A stretch of 64,000 bases of DNA from an uncultured Candidatus Binatia bacterium (GTDB taxonomy: Bacteria > Desulfobacterota > Binatia > UBA9968 > JAJDTQ01): positions 3,808,001-3,872,000 of the forward strand of contig OZ251459.1 of assembly GCA_965242525.1 (NCBI GenBank). Reading direction: 5' to 3'. Below, one piece after another: positions 30,341 to 42,200 of the stretch (position 1 is the stretch's first letter; every line of letters starts with the position of its first letter). The position numbers and the translations under genes were made by a program. A model generated the notes under the pieces. That model did no database searches. It was not told where the DNA came from and saw only the letters and a list, made by a program, of their open reading frames with translations.

Positions 30341-31543
30341 CTACGCCAGCATCCGGAGCGCGGCCGCGGCATAGACCCGCGCCGCCCGGCGCAACTGCTC
30401 GATCGGGACCACCTCGCTGTCGGTGTGGGCGAACGCCAAGTCTCCGGGACCGAACATGACGGTCTCGATGCCCTTCTCGTTCAGGTAGCCGGCGTCCAGC
30501 GCCGCGGGGAAGTAGATGGGCGGCCCGGTCTCTCCGGCCATCTCGCGCGCCGCGGCGAGGGCCGCGGCCACCGCGCTGTCCGCCGGGACCTCCGCGGGGT
30601 ACATGAAGTCCCCTTGCGCCGCCTCCGCCCGCCACGGCTGCATGTCCGCCAACGCCCGCGATATGGCACCCAACGCCTCCCCGGGGTCCTCGCCCGGAAG
30701 CAGGCGCCGGTCCAGCGTGAGGCGGCAACGGTCCTGGATGGTGTGCAGGATGTCGGGGCCGCTCTCGATGCGGGTGGCCACCAGGGTGGCCTTGCCCAGG
30801 GCCGGGTGCTCGATGCCGTCCACCAAGCCGTCCAGGCGCTCCAAGACCGCGCGGGCGCCGTCCACCGCGTTGACCCCGGCCCACGGCGTGCTGCTGTGGC
30901 ACGACTTGCCGCGCACTTCCACCTCCACGTCGATCCTCCCCTTGTTGCCCAGGCAGACCCGGTTGCCCGTGCCCAGGCCCACGATCCCGTGGTGCGCCGC
31001 AAGGCCTTCCTCCTCGACCATGTGCCGGGCCGCAAGGTGCCGTCCCGTCTCCCCGGCAACGCTCACCGCCAGCACCAGCGGCCGCGCCAGACGACGCCCC
31101 GAGCGCCGCACCGCGGCCGCGGCCGCCATCATGGCCGCCAAGGCAGCCTTCTGCTCGCAGCCTCCCCTTCCCCACACGCACGGCCCCTGGAGCCCGTAGG
31201 GCTCCCCCGGGACGACCTTTCCCGAAAAGGGATCCGGCATGGAGCCGGCCGGAAAGGTCATGGCGTAGCCCATGAAGAGCAGTCCTTCCGCGGCCTCCCC
31301 CGGGTCTCCGTCCAGCCGCCAGAGCAGGTTGCCCATGCCGTCGGTGCGGGGCGCCGTGCCGGTGAGCGCTTCGAGCCTCGGAGCCGCCACGCGAGCCACG
31401 AAGTCCCTGACAGCGGGGTCGGCTTCCATGAGTTCCGTGTGCACCGACGGGACCCGCAGCAATTCGGTGAACAGCGCGTCCACCTCCGCATCCGCGACGT
31501 TCTCGTGGGCCAGGCGATAGGCTTGCCTCGCGTCCATGCTCAT
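30341..31543 (-). CDS. M20/ArgE-DapE-like metallopeptidase family protein (divergent)
   Basis: VWGRGGCEQK, GKSCHSS.P..GVNA, DRRLLP, FGPGDL..AH..E. Confidence 0.75.
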   Translation of the reverse strand: MSMDARQAYRLAHENVADAEVDALFTELLRVPSVHTELMEADPAVRDFVARVAAPRLEALTGTAPRTDGMGNLLWRLDGDPGEAAEGLLFMGYAMTFPAGSMPDPFSGKVVPGEPYGLQGPCVWGRGGCEQKAALAAMMAAAAAVRRSGRRLARPLVLAVSVAGETGRHLAARHMVEEEGLAAHHGIVGLGTGNRVCLGNKGRIDVEVEVRGKSCHSSTPWAGVNAVDGARAVLERLDGLVDGIEHPALGKATLVATRIESGPDILHTIQDRCRLTLDRRLLPGEDPGEALGAISRALADMQPWRAEAAQGDFMYPAEVPADSAVAAALAAAREMAGETGPPIYFPAALDAGYLNEKGIETVMFGPGDLAFAHTDSEVVPIEQLRRAARVYAAAALRMLA

Positions 31544-31820
31544 CCGTCCCGTAACTCGAAGGTCTCCCCCGCACAGGCTGTCCCCGGCCGGGTTCCGGGG
31601 AGCCAGTCTATGGCGCGAGCGCCTTGGAGTAAAGGCCGGACGGTCCTCGAAGACGACATTGTTCCGGCGACGACCCGGGGATGCCGACGACGCCCATGGG
31701 CGCCCCCGGCTCCACGGGGCGCGCGGCCCGGTTCCGCTTGCTTTCGACAAAGGCTTCTGTTAGCGTGGGGCCAGTCGAGCCAATCGTCAATCCCAACCGC
31801 AAAGCCTCGAGGGAGCGCAC

Positions 31821-32537
31821 ATGTTTACCGACAAGGTCGAGCTCAAGGACTTCGAGAAGATGGACCCGGAGTACCAGGACCTGCTGAAGCGGGTGCTGGC
31901 CATCCAGTGCGACTGCGAGATCGGCGGGCCGCACCTCTACCTGGAGGACATGCTCCCCAAGGCGCCGTCGAAGCTGGACCAGCTCGTGGTGGCGCGCACC
32001 GCGGCCGAGGAAGTGGACCACTACCGGAAGATGGCGCGTCTGGCGGGAGACATCGGGGAGGACGTGTCGTACGTCCTGAGCTGGCCGAACCAGAAGCGGT
32101 ACGTGGAAGCCTTCCGCGGCAGGATCACCACCTGGGAGGACTTCGCCGTGTTCGGTTTCCTCATCGACCGGGTGGGGAGCTACCAACTGGAGGAGTTCGA
32201 GGACTGCAGCTACGTGCCCCTGGCCACCATCCTTCCCACCATGGAGCAGGAGGAAGTCGGACACATCGACTTCGGCACGAACCTGACCCGGGAGATGGCG
32301 GGCAAGGGGGACGAGTCCAGGGAGCGCGTCCAGAAGGCCATCGACTACTGGTACGTCAAGGGACTGGACATGTTCGGCCGGAACGAGTCGAGACGCTCGG
32401 AACGGTATCGCTACTGGGGTCTCAAGAGGCGCACCAACGCCGAGCAGCGGCAACAGTACACCGACGAGGTCAACGCCCTGATCGAGGACATGGGCCTTCA
32501 GGTACCCGACCCCAGCGAGGGCCGTCTGTACACTTGA
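31821..32537 (+). CDS. PaaA/PaaC-like ferritin-fold di-iron protein
   Basis: Early Glu (DCE), EEVDH and EEVGH iron-ligand motifs, SYVPL, LDMFG, WGLKRRTN. Confidence 0.8.
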   Translation: MFTDKVELKDFEKMDPEYQDLLKRVLAIQCDCEIGGPHLYLEDMLPKAPSKLDQLVVARTAAEEVDHYRKMARLAGDIGEDVSYVLSWPNQKRYVEAFRGRITTWEDFAVFGFLIDRVGSYQLEEFEDCSYVPLATILPTMEQEEVGHIDFGTNLTREMAGKGDESRERVQKAIDYWYVKGLDMFGRNESRRSERYRYWGLKRRTNAEQRQQYTDEVNALIEDMGLQVPDPSEGRLYT

Positions 32538-32550
32538 GGCGGCATCCGGG

Positions 32551-32739
32551 ATGACGAAGGCGCCCCATACGGTCGAACTGGACGAGCACCTGAAGGATTG
32601 CATCACCGCGGTCCACCGGGCCGTGGGTCAGGCCATCTCCAACATCGAGGACGAGAAGGTCGTGGACCAGGCCCTCCATGACTGCCGGGAAGTCCTGGAC
32701 ATGGTGATGGATGGGAAGGTGTCCGACTGGCTTTCCTGA
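32551..32739 (+). CDS. Small hypothetical protein (62 aa)
   Basis: 13 nt after the PaaA-like gene, host-like codon usage. Confidence 0.6.
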   Translation: MTKAPHTVELDEHLKDCITAVHRAVGQAISNIEDEKVVDQALHDCREVLDMVMDGKVSDWLS

Positions 32740-32844
32740 AGCCGTCGGACTTCCCACGTTCCCCCGGCGCCGCCTTCGACCCCGCGCCGTGGCCGGCGCG
32801 GCCGGTTTCCCCCTACGCTTGACAGGACTGGAGGTTCACACGCC

Positions 32845-33624
32845 TTGGACATCGTGGTCTGCGGCAAGGTCATCCCCGCCAGCACCGTCACCATCGAGAT
32901 CGATCCGGCAACGAAACGGATGATCCGCAAGGGCGTCGCCCACGAGTTGGACCCGGCCGCGGCCAGCGCGGTGGAGGAGGCCCTGCGGCTGGTGGAGAAG
33001 GCGGGCGGCACGGTCACGCTGGTCACCATGGGGTTCCACGAGGTCACCATCGGCATCCGCACCGCCCTGGCCATGGGCGCTACCTCCGCGGTGCACCTCT
33101 TCGACGACGCCCTCGCGGGGTCGGACGCCCTGGGCACGGCCAAGGCCCTGGCCGCGGCCATCCGCAAGAAGCCCTTCGACCTCATCATCTGCGGCACAGA
33201 AAGCAGCGACAGCTACTCCGGCATCGTGCCCGGCCAGCTCGCGCGGCTGCTGGACGTCCCGCCGGTGACCTTCGCCAACGAGATGGCCGTGGAGGGGACG
33301 ACCCTCACCGTCAAGCGCCAGAGCGAGACCGGCTACGACGTGGTGGAGGCCGACCTTCCCGCCCTGGTCACGGTAACCAGCGGCATCAACGAGCCGCGCT
33401 ACCCGCAGCTCAAGGGCATCATGGCGGCCAAGAAGAAGGAGATCCTGCAATACTCCGTCGAGGACCTCGGCCTCGCGCCGGCCGAAGTGGGGGAGCAGGG
33501 CGCCCGCGAGAAAGTGCTGGAGGTCGGCCGGCCGCCCCGGCGCCAAGCCGGCGAGGTGGTGGAGGATGACGGCGAGGGGGGCAAGCGGATCGCCGATTTC
33601 CTGGCCGAGGTCAAGGTCCTTTAG
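32845..33624 (+). CDS. etfB: Electron transfer flavoprotein beta subunit
   Basis: IVVCGKVIP, AVEEALRL, DLIICG.ESSD, NEPRYP.LKGIMAAKKK; TTG start with GGAGG. Confidence 0.92.
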   Translation: MDIVVCGKVIPASTVTIEIDPATKRMIRKGVAHELDPAAASAVEEALRLVEKAGGTVTLVTMGFHEVTIGIRTALAMGATSAVHLFDDALAGSDALGTAKALAAAIRKKPFDLIICGTESSDSYSGIVPGQLARLLDVPPVTFANEMAVEGTTLTVKRQSETGYDVVEADLPALVTVTSGINEPRYPQLKGIMAAKKKEILQYSVEDLGLAPAEVGEQGAREKVLEVGRPPRRQAGEVVEDDGEGGKRIADFLAEVKVL

Positions 33625-34587
33625 ATGTCCGATACGGTTTGGGTGTACGGCGAGGTGGTGGACGACGCGGTCACCGCCACGACCCTGGAGATGGTGACGA
33701 AGGCCGCGGCGGCGGGCGCCGCGGAGGTGGTCCTGCTCGGCCCCGCTCCCGATGACGCGGTGGAGTTGCTGGGCCGCCACGGCGCGGGCAAGGTCTATCG
33801 TTCCACCGACCCGGTCTTCCGCGACTACCTGACGTTGCCGGCCGCGGCCGCGGTGGAGTCCCTGATCCGCCAACACCGGCCGGCGGTGGTCCTGTTCGCG
33901 TCGAGCTACGGCGGCCGCGACGTGGCCGCGGCCGTCAGCGCCAGCCTCGACTGCGGCGCCATCACCGACGTGGCCGACTTCACCCTCACCGACGGCCGGG
34001 TGGAAGCGAAGATCCCCGCCCTCGGGGCCAGCTACTGGAACACCGCCACCCTGACCCACGACCAAGTCCGGATCCTCCTGGTGCGGCCCAAGGCATTCGA
34101 GCCCGCGCCGAACCCCAGGACCCCGGTGGTGGTGGAGGTCGCGGCCGCGGACGACCCGGAGCTGCGCAAGGTCCGCGTCAAGGAAAAGGTCACCGCCAAG
34201 GCCGAAGGCCCCCAACTGGACGACGCCAGCGTCATCGTCGCCGGCGGCCGCGGTCTGGCCAGCGCCGAAAACTTCGACATGCTGCGGCAGTTGGCGGAGC
34301 TCCTGGGCGGCGCGGTGGGCGCCACCCGGGCCGTGGTGGACTCCGGCTGGGTCCCCTACTCCCTCCAGATCGGCCAGACCGGCAAGACCGTCAAGCCCGA
34401 CCTCTACATCGCCTGCGGCATCTCTGGCGCGGTCCAGCACCTGGCCGGTATGAAGGACTCCAAGGTCATCATCGCCGTCAACAAGGACCCCGACGCCCCC
34501 ATCTTCCAGATGTGCGACCTGGGCATCGTCGGCGATGTCTTCAAGGTCGTCCCCCGGTTGATCGACGCGATCAAGGAACGCAGGTAA
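33625..34587 (+). CDS. etfA: Electron transfer flavoprotein alpha subunit
   Basis: [38 protein letters not shown]. Confidence 0.93.
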   Translation: MSDTVWVYGEVVDDAVTATTLEMVTKAAAAGAAEVVLLGPAPDDAVELLGRHGAGKVYRSTDPVFRDYLTLPAAAAVESLIRQHRPAVVLFASSYGGRDVAAAVSASLDCGAITDVADFTLTDGRVEAKIPALGASYWNTATLTHDQVRILLVRPKAFEPAPNPRTPVVVEVAAADDPELRKVRVKEKVTAKAEGPQLDDASVIVAGGRGLASAENFDMLRQLAELLGGAVGATRAVVDSGWVPYSLQIGQTGKTVKPDLYIACGISGAVQHLAGMKDSKVIIAVNKDPDAPIFQMCDLGIVGDVFKVVPRLIDAIKERR

Positions 34588-34798
34588 AGCCGCATGCGAA
34601 CTGCCGAGTGAGGCGGCGCCAAGCCTTCGACGAGAACGTCACGGATCGACGATAGCGTCGAAGGTCCGGCGCGCCTGAACCCGAGTATCCCCCCGCAAAA
34701 CCGCACTCCTGCGTGCCCCTATGCCTGGCACGCTGTTTGCTTCTCTACATACGGACGATGCAAGGTTTCGAGGGCGGGCATGGACCGGGGGAGCACCC

Positions 34799-35020
34799 AT
34801 GAGACGACTATCCGATGACCTCACACTTCTCGACGTCGTGAACACCGTCGGTCAATATGCAGAGACCGACGACGAACTGAAGGCCGTTGTCGCCTACCTC
34901 GTCAACAGCGGCAGGGTCAGACTCTGCGGCAGCCTCGCCGGTTCGACGGTGGACTTGCCCCGGCCCCCGGCGTCGGTCTCCCGGCTCGAACCCGCCGCGG
35001 CCCGTTCCCACAGGGCTTAG
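34799..35020 (+). CDS. Small hypothetical protein
   Basis: GGGAG RBS; TLLDVV..V...DDEL.AVV.YLVNSGRVRLCG, helical/winged-helix-like. Confidence 0.55.
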   Translation: MRRLSDDLTLLDVVNTVGQYAETDDELKAVVAYLVNSGRVRLCGSLAGSTVDLPRPPASVSRLEPAAARSHRA

Positions 35021-35187
35021 CCGCAGCAGGCGCCGGCGGCGGCGTTGGATTCATCCATCCGGGATGAGGCCACCGCTTCCGACAACCTGCGACGCCCCTG
35101 ACGGCAGACCAACAGTCCATTGCAAAGAAAACCGATGTTCCCTATACTTGAACATAGTTGTCTGACCATTGAACGGAGACCGTCAGC

Positions 35188-35556
35188 ATGAAGCTCAATG
35201 AGGAACTAGCCAAGTGGCTGGCGGACTTGAGAGAACAGTGGTCGGGCAAGATCGAAAAACCTCTTCGATTTTGCTGGACATACCTCTGCTATTTTCTGGG
35301 AGCGTTCACGATCTTCTACTTCCCCGTCGTTGTAACGGCACCGAGGTCCATCACCACCAACATCCTTGACACGTTAGACCTAGTTCCTCTCATCCTTTCA
35401 CTGCTTCTCGCCGTCATGATCGCCCTGCTTCTTTCATGGCCGCGGCGAGCGTACACGCCCGCAAGGATGTATCTTGGCGGACTGGCCTTCGCCGCATTGG
35501 TTTGTCTGATCGTAGCCAACGTTGCAGGGCAACTTGCCAAACAACTCCTGCCATAA
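35188..35556 (+). CDS. Hypothetical membrane protein (~3 TM), low GC
   Basis: Three hydrophobic stretches; GGAG RBS. Confidence 0.6.
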   Translation: MKLNEELAKWLADLREQWSGKIEKPLRFCWTYLCYFLGAFTIFYFPVVVTAPRSITTNILDTLDLVPLILSLLLAVMIALLLSWPRRAYTPARMYLGGLAFAALVCLIVANVAGQLAKQLLP

Positions 35557-35566
35557 CGCTAGACCA

Positions 35567-36178
35567 ATGAACACCGTTCGATACAGCCTTTGCTTCGCAA
35601 CCGTCGCTCTGTGGGCAACCATGTCGATACCGGTCCTTGCTCAGGAACCGGTCATCGGTTCGCAAGGAACCCCACAGGACGTCATGGAACTGACTACAAG
35701 CAAGCAGGTACTGAATCTGCATAAAGTTACCTTGGAGACAAAGATAAAATGGAGTGCGCAATTGTTGTTCTATCCGAAGGCATTGCAATCCATACTAGCA
35801 CTCCATGCATACAAACTGAACGATATTTGCGATCCAGAAAGTAGCTTGACCACACAAGGGTTGGGGCAAGATTTGGGGTTTGTGGTCACATCCGTTCCCC
35901 GAAACGGCGATCCATCGGGTCCTTCCGGCTATCCTGGCTATAAAATTATCAAAAGTCCCAACCATAGACCGCTCACGCTGGCAATGGCATGCGACTTGTC
36001 GAAAAACCTCTCGGAAAATGCGCCAAACCTTTCGAATCTGCCCGCCATTCATGGACTATCGGGTGGGAAAAAAAGAATCCACCTTCTCATTCCGTTCGCC
36101 ATAGACAACGAGATTGAACCCGATCTGTATTGGACGACCGATCTGTCCAAAGTGATGCACTATCAAATAATGAAATAA
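35567..36178 (+). CDS. Hypothetical exported protein, low GC
   Basis: Signal-peptide-like N-terminus ending VLA-Q; 10 nt after the upstream gene. Confidence 0.55.
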   Translation: MNTVRYSLCFATVALWATMSIPVLAQEPVIGSQGTPQDVMELTTSKQVLNLHKVTLETKIKWSAQLLFYPKALQSILALHAYKLNDICDPESSLTTQGLGQDLGFVVTSVPRNGDPSGPSGYPGYKIIKSPNHRPLTLAMACDLSKNLSENAPNLSNLPAIHGLSGGKKRIHLLIPFAIDNEIEPDLYWTTDLSKVMHYQIMK

Positions 36179-36244
36179 CGAAAGGAAGGACACGACACTA
36201 GCGCCCTGTAACAGTAACTTATCTTCCAAGTTCCAGCGCCAGAT

Positions 36245-39200
36245 CTACCAAGTCAAGTCCAGGCTCAGCTTGACGCCGTATTCCGGGGCGCCGTCGGAAC
36301 TCCCGGCGCGCTCCCCTTCCAGGTTCAGGCTCAGGGACGGACCCAAGGCGAAGCGGCTGCCCATCCGGTAGGCGCGCTCGCCGCTCGACACCCCCACGCC
36401 CCCGTACACCGTCATCACACCATCCAAAACCCCTACGCCGTAGCCCAACTCCGCATCCACCCGCGCGCCAGATCCCGATCCGCTCTCTCCCGCGCCCGTC
36501 AGCCCCTCCTGCCACAGCCGATCCATACCGCTGTCCGTCTTGCCCCAGGCCGGACTCACCTGCAACGACAGCCCGCGCCCGTCCGAACCCGGGTCCAGCC
36601 GGACCGTCCCGCCCGCTCCCCATTCCCGCACCTCTCCCGCGTGCGCCAGCAACACCCGACCCGACCCCTCTACACTCAGCCCCAGACCCGCGTGCGCGTA
36701 CCGCATCCCACTCCCCAACTCCAACCCCGCACCGGTCTCACCGTCCCCGCCGTCCCAACGTACTCCCAACTCCACGGACGGCTCCAACCACCCACCGGAC
36801 TCCCACTCCAGCCGACGCTTCCCCTCCACCGCCATCCGCAACCGATGCGTGCCCACCGACACCCCCTCCAGCAACTCCCCGTTGTCATCCACCCGCAGCC
36901 CCGTCATCTGCCCCTCCCCCTTGACGTCCACCGTCGCGGCCCCCTCCGCTCCCGTGAACACTCGCACGCTGCCCCCCAATCCGCCCCCCCGGAACTCCGC
37001 GTCGCTCGACTCCCGGCCCGCAGCCCCGTCCCGCAACGTCACCTTGCCCTCTCCGTAGCCGAACACTGCCCACAACTGCGACCCGCCCGCAGACGACCAC
37101 CCCAGGTACGGATGGAACAGGGTCATCCGGCTCCGGTGCTCTCCCCGGACCTCTTCGCCTCCCCGCCGGTCCGTGTACTCCACGTCCGCGTCGAACCACG
37201 ACGCCCCCAGCCCTCCCACCAAACCCGCCCCCAACTCCGCGTCCGCCCCCGTATGCACCCCGAACAGACCTCCCTCCCACTCCACTCCCCGGCCACCCGA
37301 CAGGCTCCGGTAATCGCTCCCCGCCCACATCCCCAGGCCCCAACCTTCCTCCTCCTCCTTCCCCAGACGAACCGTGAACGACGTCCCGCCCAGCACTTCC
37401 TTCCAGTCGATCCCCTCCCCTTCCGGTTGCTTCCACCCGTCTTGCCGCAGCCCCAGCAACTCGTCCCAACCCAGGCCCTCTTCCAGCCCCCGCTCCCGAC
37501 CGGGCAGTTTCTCCAACACCGACGCCACCGTCCGCGCCACGTCGGCGCTCTCCACCCTCCGCTCCGGCCCCAGACGCACGCTCACCGAGTCCACCGCGCT
37601 GCTCCACATGGCGCGGGACACTTCCGGCAGGATCACCTCGTTCACCCCACGGAGACGACGCCGCTGCACCTCCGCCTCCGTCAGCACCGTCACCGAGAAC
37701 CGCACCACCGCACTGTCCCCGTCCTCGTCCGTGGCCGTCCACGCGTACTCCGTGCGCTCCAACCCTTCCGTCGGCGTCCCCGTTACCGTATGCGTGGACG
37801 GGTCCCGGACCACCCCGCCCGGCAGCGCCGGCGTCAACGTGTAGCGCAACGTCCCGTTGCCGCCCCTCGCCAGCGGCAGGCTCACAGGCGTGATGTCCTC
37901 GTCCTCGATCCACTCCTGGTCCGCCACCGTCTCCTCGAAACTCGGCGTCAGGTCCGGCTCCACCAGGATGGTGAACCTCAACGTGGCGCTGTCACCGTCC
38001 TCGTCCGTGGCCGTCAGCGTGTACACCCTCTCCACCGACGCCTCCCTAGGCGTGCCGCACAGGGTGCCGCCGCCATCGGCCATGGGCATGTCCCCCTTCC
38101 CGGCATCCCCTCTCTGGCCGCGGCACATCTCCGGCCTGCCCGGCGCCACGTAGAGGATCCCGGTGGGCAGGGGCGCCCTGGACGGCCGGGCCAACCGGGT
38201 CACGTCGCCACCGGAAGCCACGAGCGGCCCCCTCAACTCGTAGCTCAGCCTCCCGTCGCCGCCGGTCGCAGCGGGCAACCGCACCACAGGCTCGATCACT
38301 TGGCCCTCGATGTAGCGCTGCGCGGCAAAGATGCTTGGATCGAAGGACGGCGTCAGGTCCGGCGCCGCTGCCCTGACCGAGCTCACCACCTCCATGCGGA
38401 ACGACAGGCTCGCCTCGTCACCGTCCTCGTCCGTGGCCGTCAGCGTGTAGGTCGCCTCTGCCGCCACCTCCGCAGGCGTGCCCGACAGGGTCCCGCCCGT
38501 GCCGTCGCCGGCGCTCGGCGCCGCGTACGCGATCCCGGCCGGCAGGGTCAGGCTGCTCGAATCCCCCGGCCCGCTCAGAGTATAGGTCAGCGTCCCGTCC
38601 CCGCCGGTGGCTGCCGGCAGCGAGACCGGCGCGATGGTCGAGTCCCGCACGTAGCGTTGCGCGTCGAACGTGTCCGAGCCGAAGGCCGGCGCCCCGTCCT
38701 CCGCTCCGGCATTCTGCCGGGTCCCCTGCCCGCTCCCTTCGGTGATGGTCAGCGCCGCGCCAGCCACGCCTCCCACGCCCTGGCTGTTCTCCGCAGTCCC
38801 CGTCACAGTCACCGAACGGTCCTCCGCGTTGTCCACGCCGTCGTCCACCGCAGTGATCGTCACGCTGTCCGCAGCGTTCGACGTCTCGCCCGCGGCAATC
38901 GTGATGGTCGCGTCCGAGCCCACCGTGTAGGCCCCCGAAACCGGCTGCACGGTGATCGTGGTCGCCGCGCTCGACGCATGGCTCAAGGTCGCGGTCACCG
39001 TTGTCGTACCGCCGTTCTCGGAGATCGAGGCGTCCGCTACCGCCAACGCCACCGTCGGCGCCGCTTCGTCGTCCTCGATGGTCAGGGTCATGCTCGCCGG
39101 CGCCGCCACCCCGCTGTTCCCGCTCACCACCGCCGTGACCGTCACTTCCTTGTCCGGCGCGTCAACCGTGTTGTCGACCGCGGTTACCGTCACCGTGCCG

Positions 39201-42200
39201 GTGCTGCTCGTGTCTCCTGCCGCGATGGTGAGCGTCTTCGCGCTCGACAGACTGAAGTCACCCGATGCCGCGTTCCTTCCCGCGGCCGCGGCCACGGTCA
39301 GCGTTACCGCCTCACTCGACGTGCGGTTCAGCGTCGCCGTCACCGTCGCCGAACCCGGATTCGTCCCGTCGTGCTCATCGATCGCCGCCGGATTCAGCAC
39401 GAGCGTTGCCGTTGGCGCTCCCTCGTCGTCGGTCAGCGTCAAGCTCGCGCCCGTTACCGTGCCGATGCCCTGGCTGTTCTGCGCCGTTCCGCTCACCGTC
39501 GCCGTCCGGTTCACCACGTTGTCGATCGCGTCGTCCACCGCCGTGATGGTCACGCTGTCCGCGGTGTTCGAGGTCTCGCCTGCCGCAATCGTGATGGTCG
39601 CGTCCGCGCCCACCGTGTAGGCGCCCGCTTCCGGCTGCACCGTGACCGTCGTCGCCGCGCTCGATGCATGGCTCAAGGTCGCCGTCACCGTCGTGGTACC
39701 GCCGTTCTCGGAAATCGCGCTGTCCGCTACCGCCAACGTCACCGTCGGCGCCGCGTCGTCGTCCTCGATCGTTCCCGTTCCCGTCGCGGCGCTCACCGGG
39801 AGTCTCGCGTTCACCGGCTCGCTCAGCGATACCTTCACCGTCTCGTCCGGTTCGTCCACCCCGTCACCGGTCACCGTCACCGTCACCGTCTTGCTCGTCT
39901 CACCGGGCGCAAACGTCAGTGTCCCGGCACTGAGCGCCGCGTAGTCGGTCCCGGAGGTCGCCGTACCCGTACCCGCGTCCGCGTACTTCACCGTCACCTG
40001 CGCGGTGCTCGCCTTGCTCAAAGTCACCGTCCACGTCAGGGCCGACGTCGTACCCGACGCCCCCTCCGTCACCCGCGGCGACGACAGCGACAACGCCGGC
40101 AGGTCTCCCGTGTTCACGACGATCCCCGGCGGGTTGACCAACCGGGGCGGGTCGCCCGGGCGAATCACCGCCGCGAGGAACCGCACCGAATCCTCGTCCC
40201 CGTCCTCGTCCTCCACCGTCCAGGTGTATTCCACCTGGTTCGTCGGATCGTCCGGCGTCGTGCCCGTCACCAGGAACCCGTTCCGCGACAGCCACGAAGG
40301 CAACGCCGGCGACAACGTGTAGGTCAGCGTCCCATCTCCCCCCGTCGCCCGCGGCAGCACCAGGCGTGGAATCACGGTGGCGGTCGGCCACAGCCGGCTG
40401 GCGACCTGCGCGCCGCCAAACGTCGGCTTCAAGTCCAGGTCGTCGTCCGTGATCGTCAGGGTCACCGCGTTCGGGTCACCGGCCACGCCGTGGCTGTTGG
40501 CCGCCGTCGCCGATACGCTCACCACCTTGTCGTTGGCCGCGTCCTCGTCGTCGTCCACCGCAGAAATCGTCACCGTGCCGGTGCTCGTCGTCGTCCCCGC
40601 CGCGATGGTCAGCACCCTGTTCGCACTCAATCTGAAGTCCGCCGCCCCCGTGTGCGCCCCCGCCGAGGCCGCCACCGTCACCGTCGTCGCCGCGCTCGAT
40701 GCGTGCGAGAGCGTCGCCGTTACCGTCGCCTCGCCGCCGTCCTCCGAAATGGACGACGAGGACAGAACCAGCGTCACCTTCGGCGCCGCTTCGTCGTCCT
40801 CGATGGTGAGCGTCACGCTCGACGGGTCAGCCACGCCGCTGTCGCCGCTCACCGACGCCGAGACGGTCACCTGTTTGTCGGGGGCGTGCGCCGTGTTGTC
40901 CACCGCGGTCACGGTCACGGCGCCGGTGCTGCTCGTGTCTCCCGCCGCAATGGTGAGCGTCTTTGCGGACGACAGGCTGAAGTCGCCCGACGCCGCGTTC
41001 GTCCCGGCGGTGGCCGCTACCGTCAGCGTGACGGCCTCACTCGACGCGCGATTCAGCGTCGCCGTCACCATCGCCGACCCGGGGTTGGTCCCGTCGTGCT
41101 CGTCGATCGTCGCGTCGCTCAGCGCCAGCGTCGCCGTCGGCGTAGTTTCGTCGTCGGTCAGCGTCAACGCCGCTCCGGTCACCGTGCCCACGTCGTGACC
41201 GTTCTGCGCCGTCCCGGTGACCGTCGCTGAGCGGTTGACTACGTTGTCAACCGCGTCATCCACCGCCGTGATCGTCGCCGTGTCCGCGGCGTTCGAGGTC
41301 TCGCCAGCCGCAATCGTGATCGTCGCGTCCGCCCCCACCGTGTAGGCGCCGGCTTCCGGCTGTACGGTGATCGTGGTCGCTACACTCGAAGCATGGCTCA
41401 GCGTCGCCGTCACCGTCGTGGTACCGCCGTTCTCGGAGATCGAGGAGTCCGCTAACGCCAGCGCGACCGTCGGCGCGGCTTCGTCGTCCTCAATGGTCAG
41501 CGTCACGTTCGTCGGGTCGGCCACCCCGCTGTCGCCGCTCACCGACGCCGAGACCGTCACTTCCTTGTCCGGCGCGTCGGCCGTATTGTCCACCGCGGTC
41601 ACTGTCACCGTGCCGGTGCTGCTCGTCTCCCCCGCCGCGATGGTCAGGGTCTTGGCGCTTGACAGGTTGAAGTCCGTCGCTGCCGCGTTGGTCCCTGCCG
41701 CTGCCGCCACGGTCAGCGTCACCGCCTCGGTCGATGCACGGTTCAGCGTGGCGGTTACCGCGCTCGTCCCCGGATTCGCCCCGTCGTGTTCGTCGATCGC
41801 CGCCGGATTCAGCGCCAGGGTCACCGCCGGCGTGTCTTCGTCGTCGGTCAAGGTCAGCGCCGCGCCGGTCACCGCCACCGTCGCCGACTCCGCGGCAGCC
41901 TGCGCGTTGGCCGCCGTCCCCGTCACCGTCGTCGAGCGGTTGACCACGTTGTCGATGGCGTCGTTCACCGCCGTGATCGTCACGCTGTCGGTCGCGTTCT
42001 CCGTCTCACCCGCCGCAATCGTGATGGTCGCGTCCGCCCCCACCGTGTAGGCCCCCGACACCGCCGTCACAGTGACCGTCGTCGCCGCGCTCGACGCATG
42101 GCTCAAGGTCGCGGTCACCGTCGTCGTGCCGCCGTTCTCGGAGATCGCGCTGTCCGCCACCGCCAGGGCGACCGTCGGCGCGGCTTCGTCGTCCTCGATG

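Noticed and set aside
35100-36240. Integron gene cassettes
   Set aside because: TAAC follows both stops but there is no attC-like palindrome ending in GTTRRRY and no integrase
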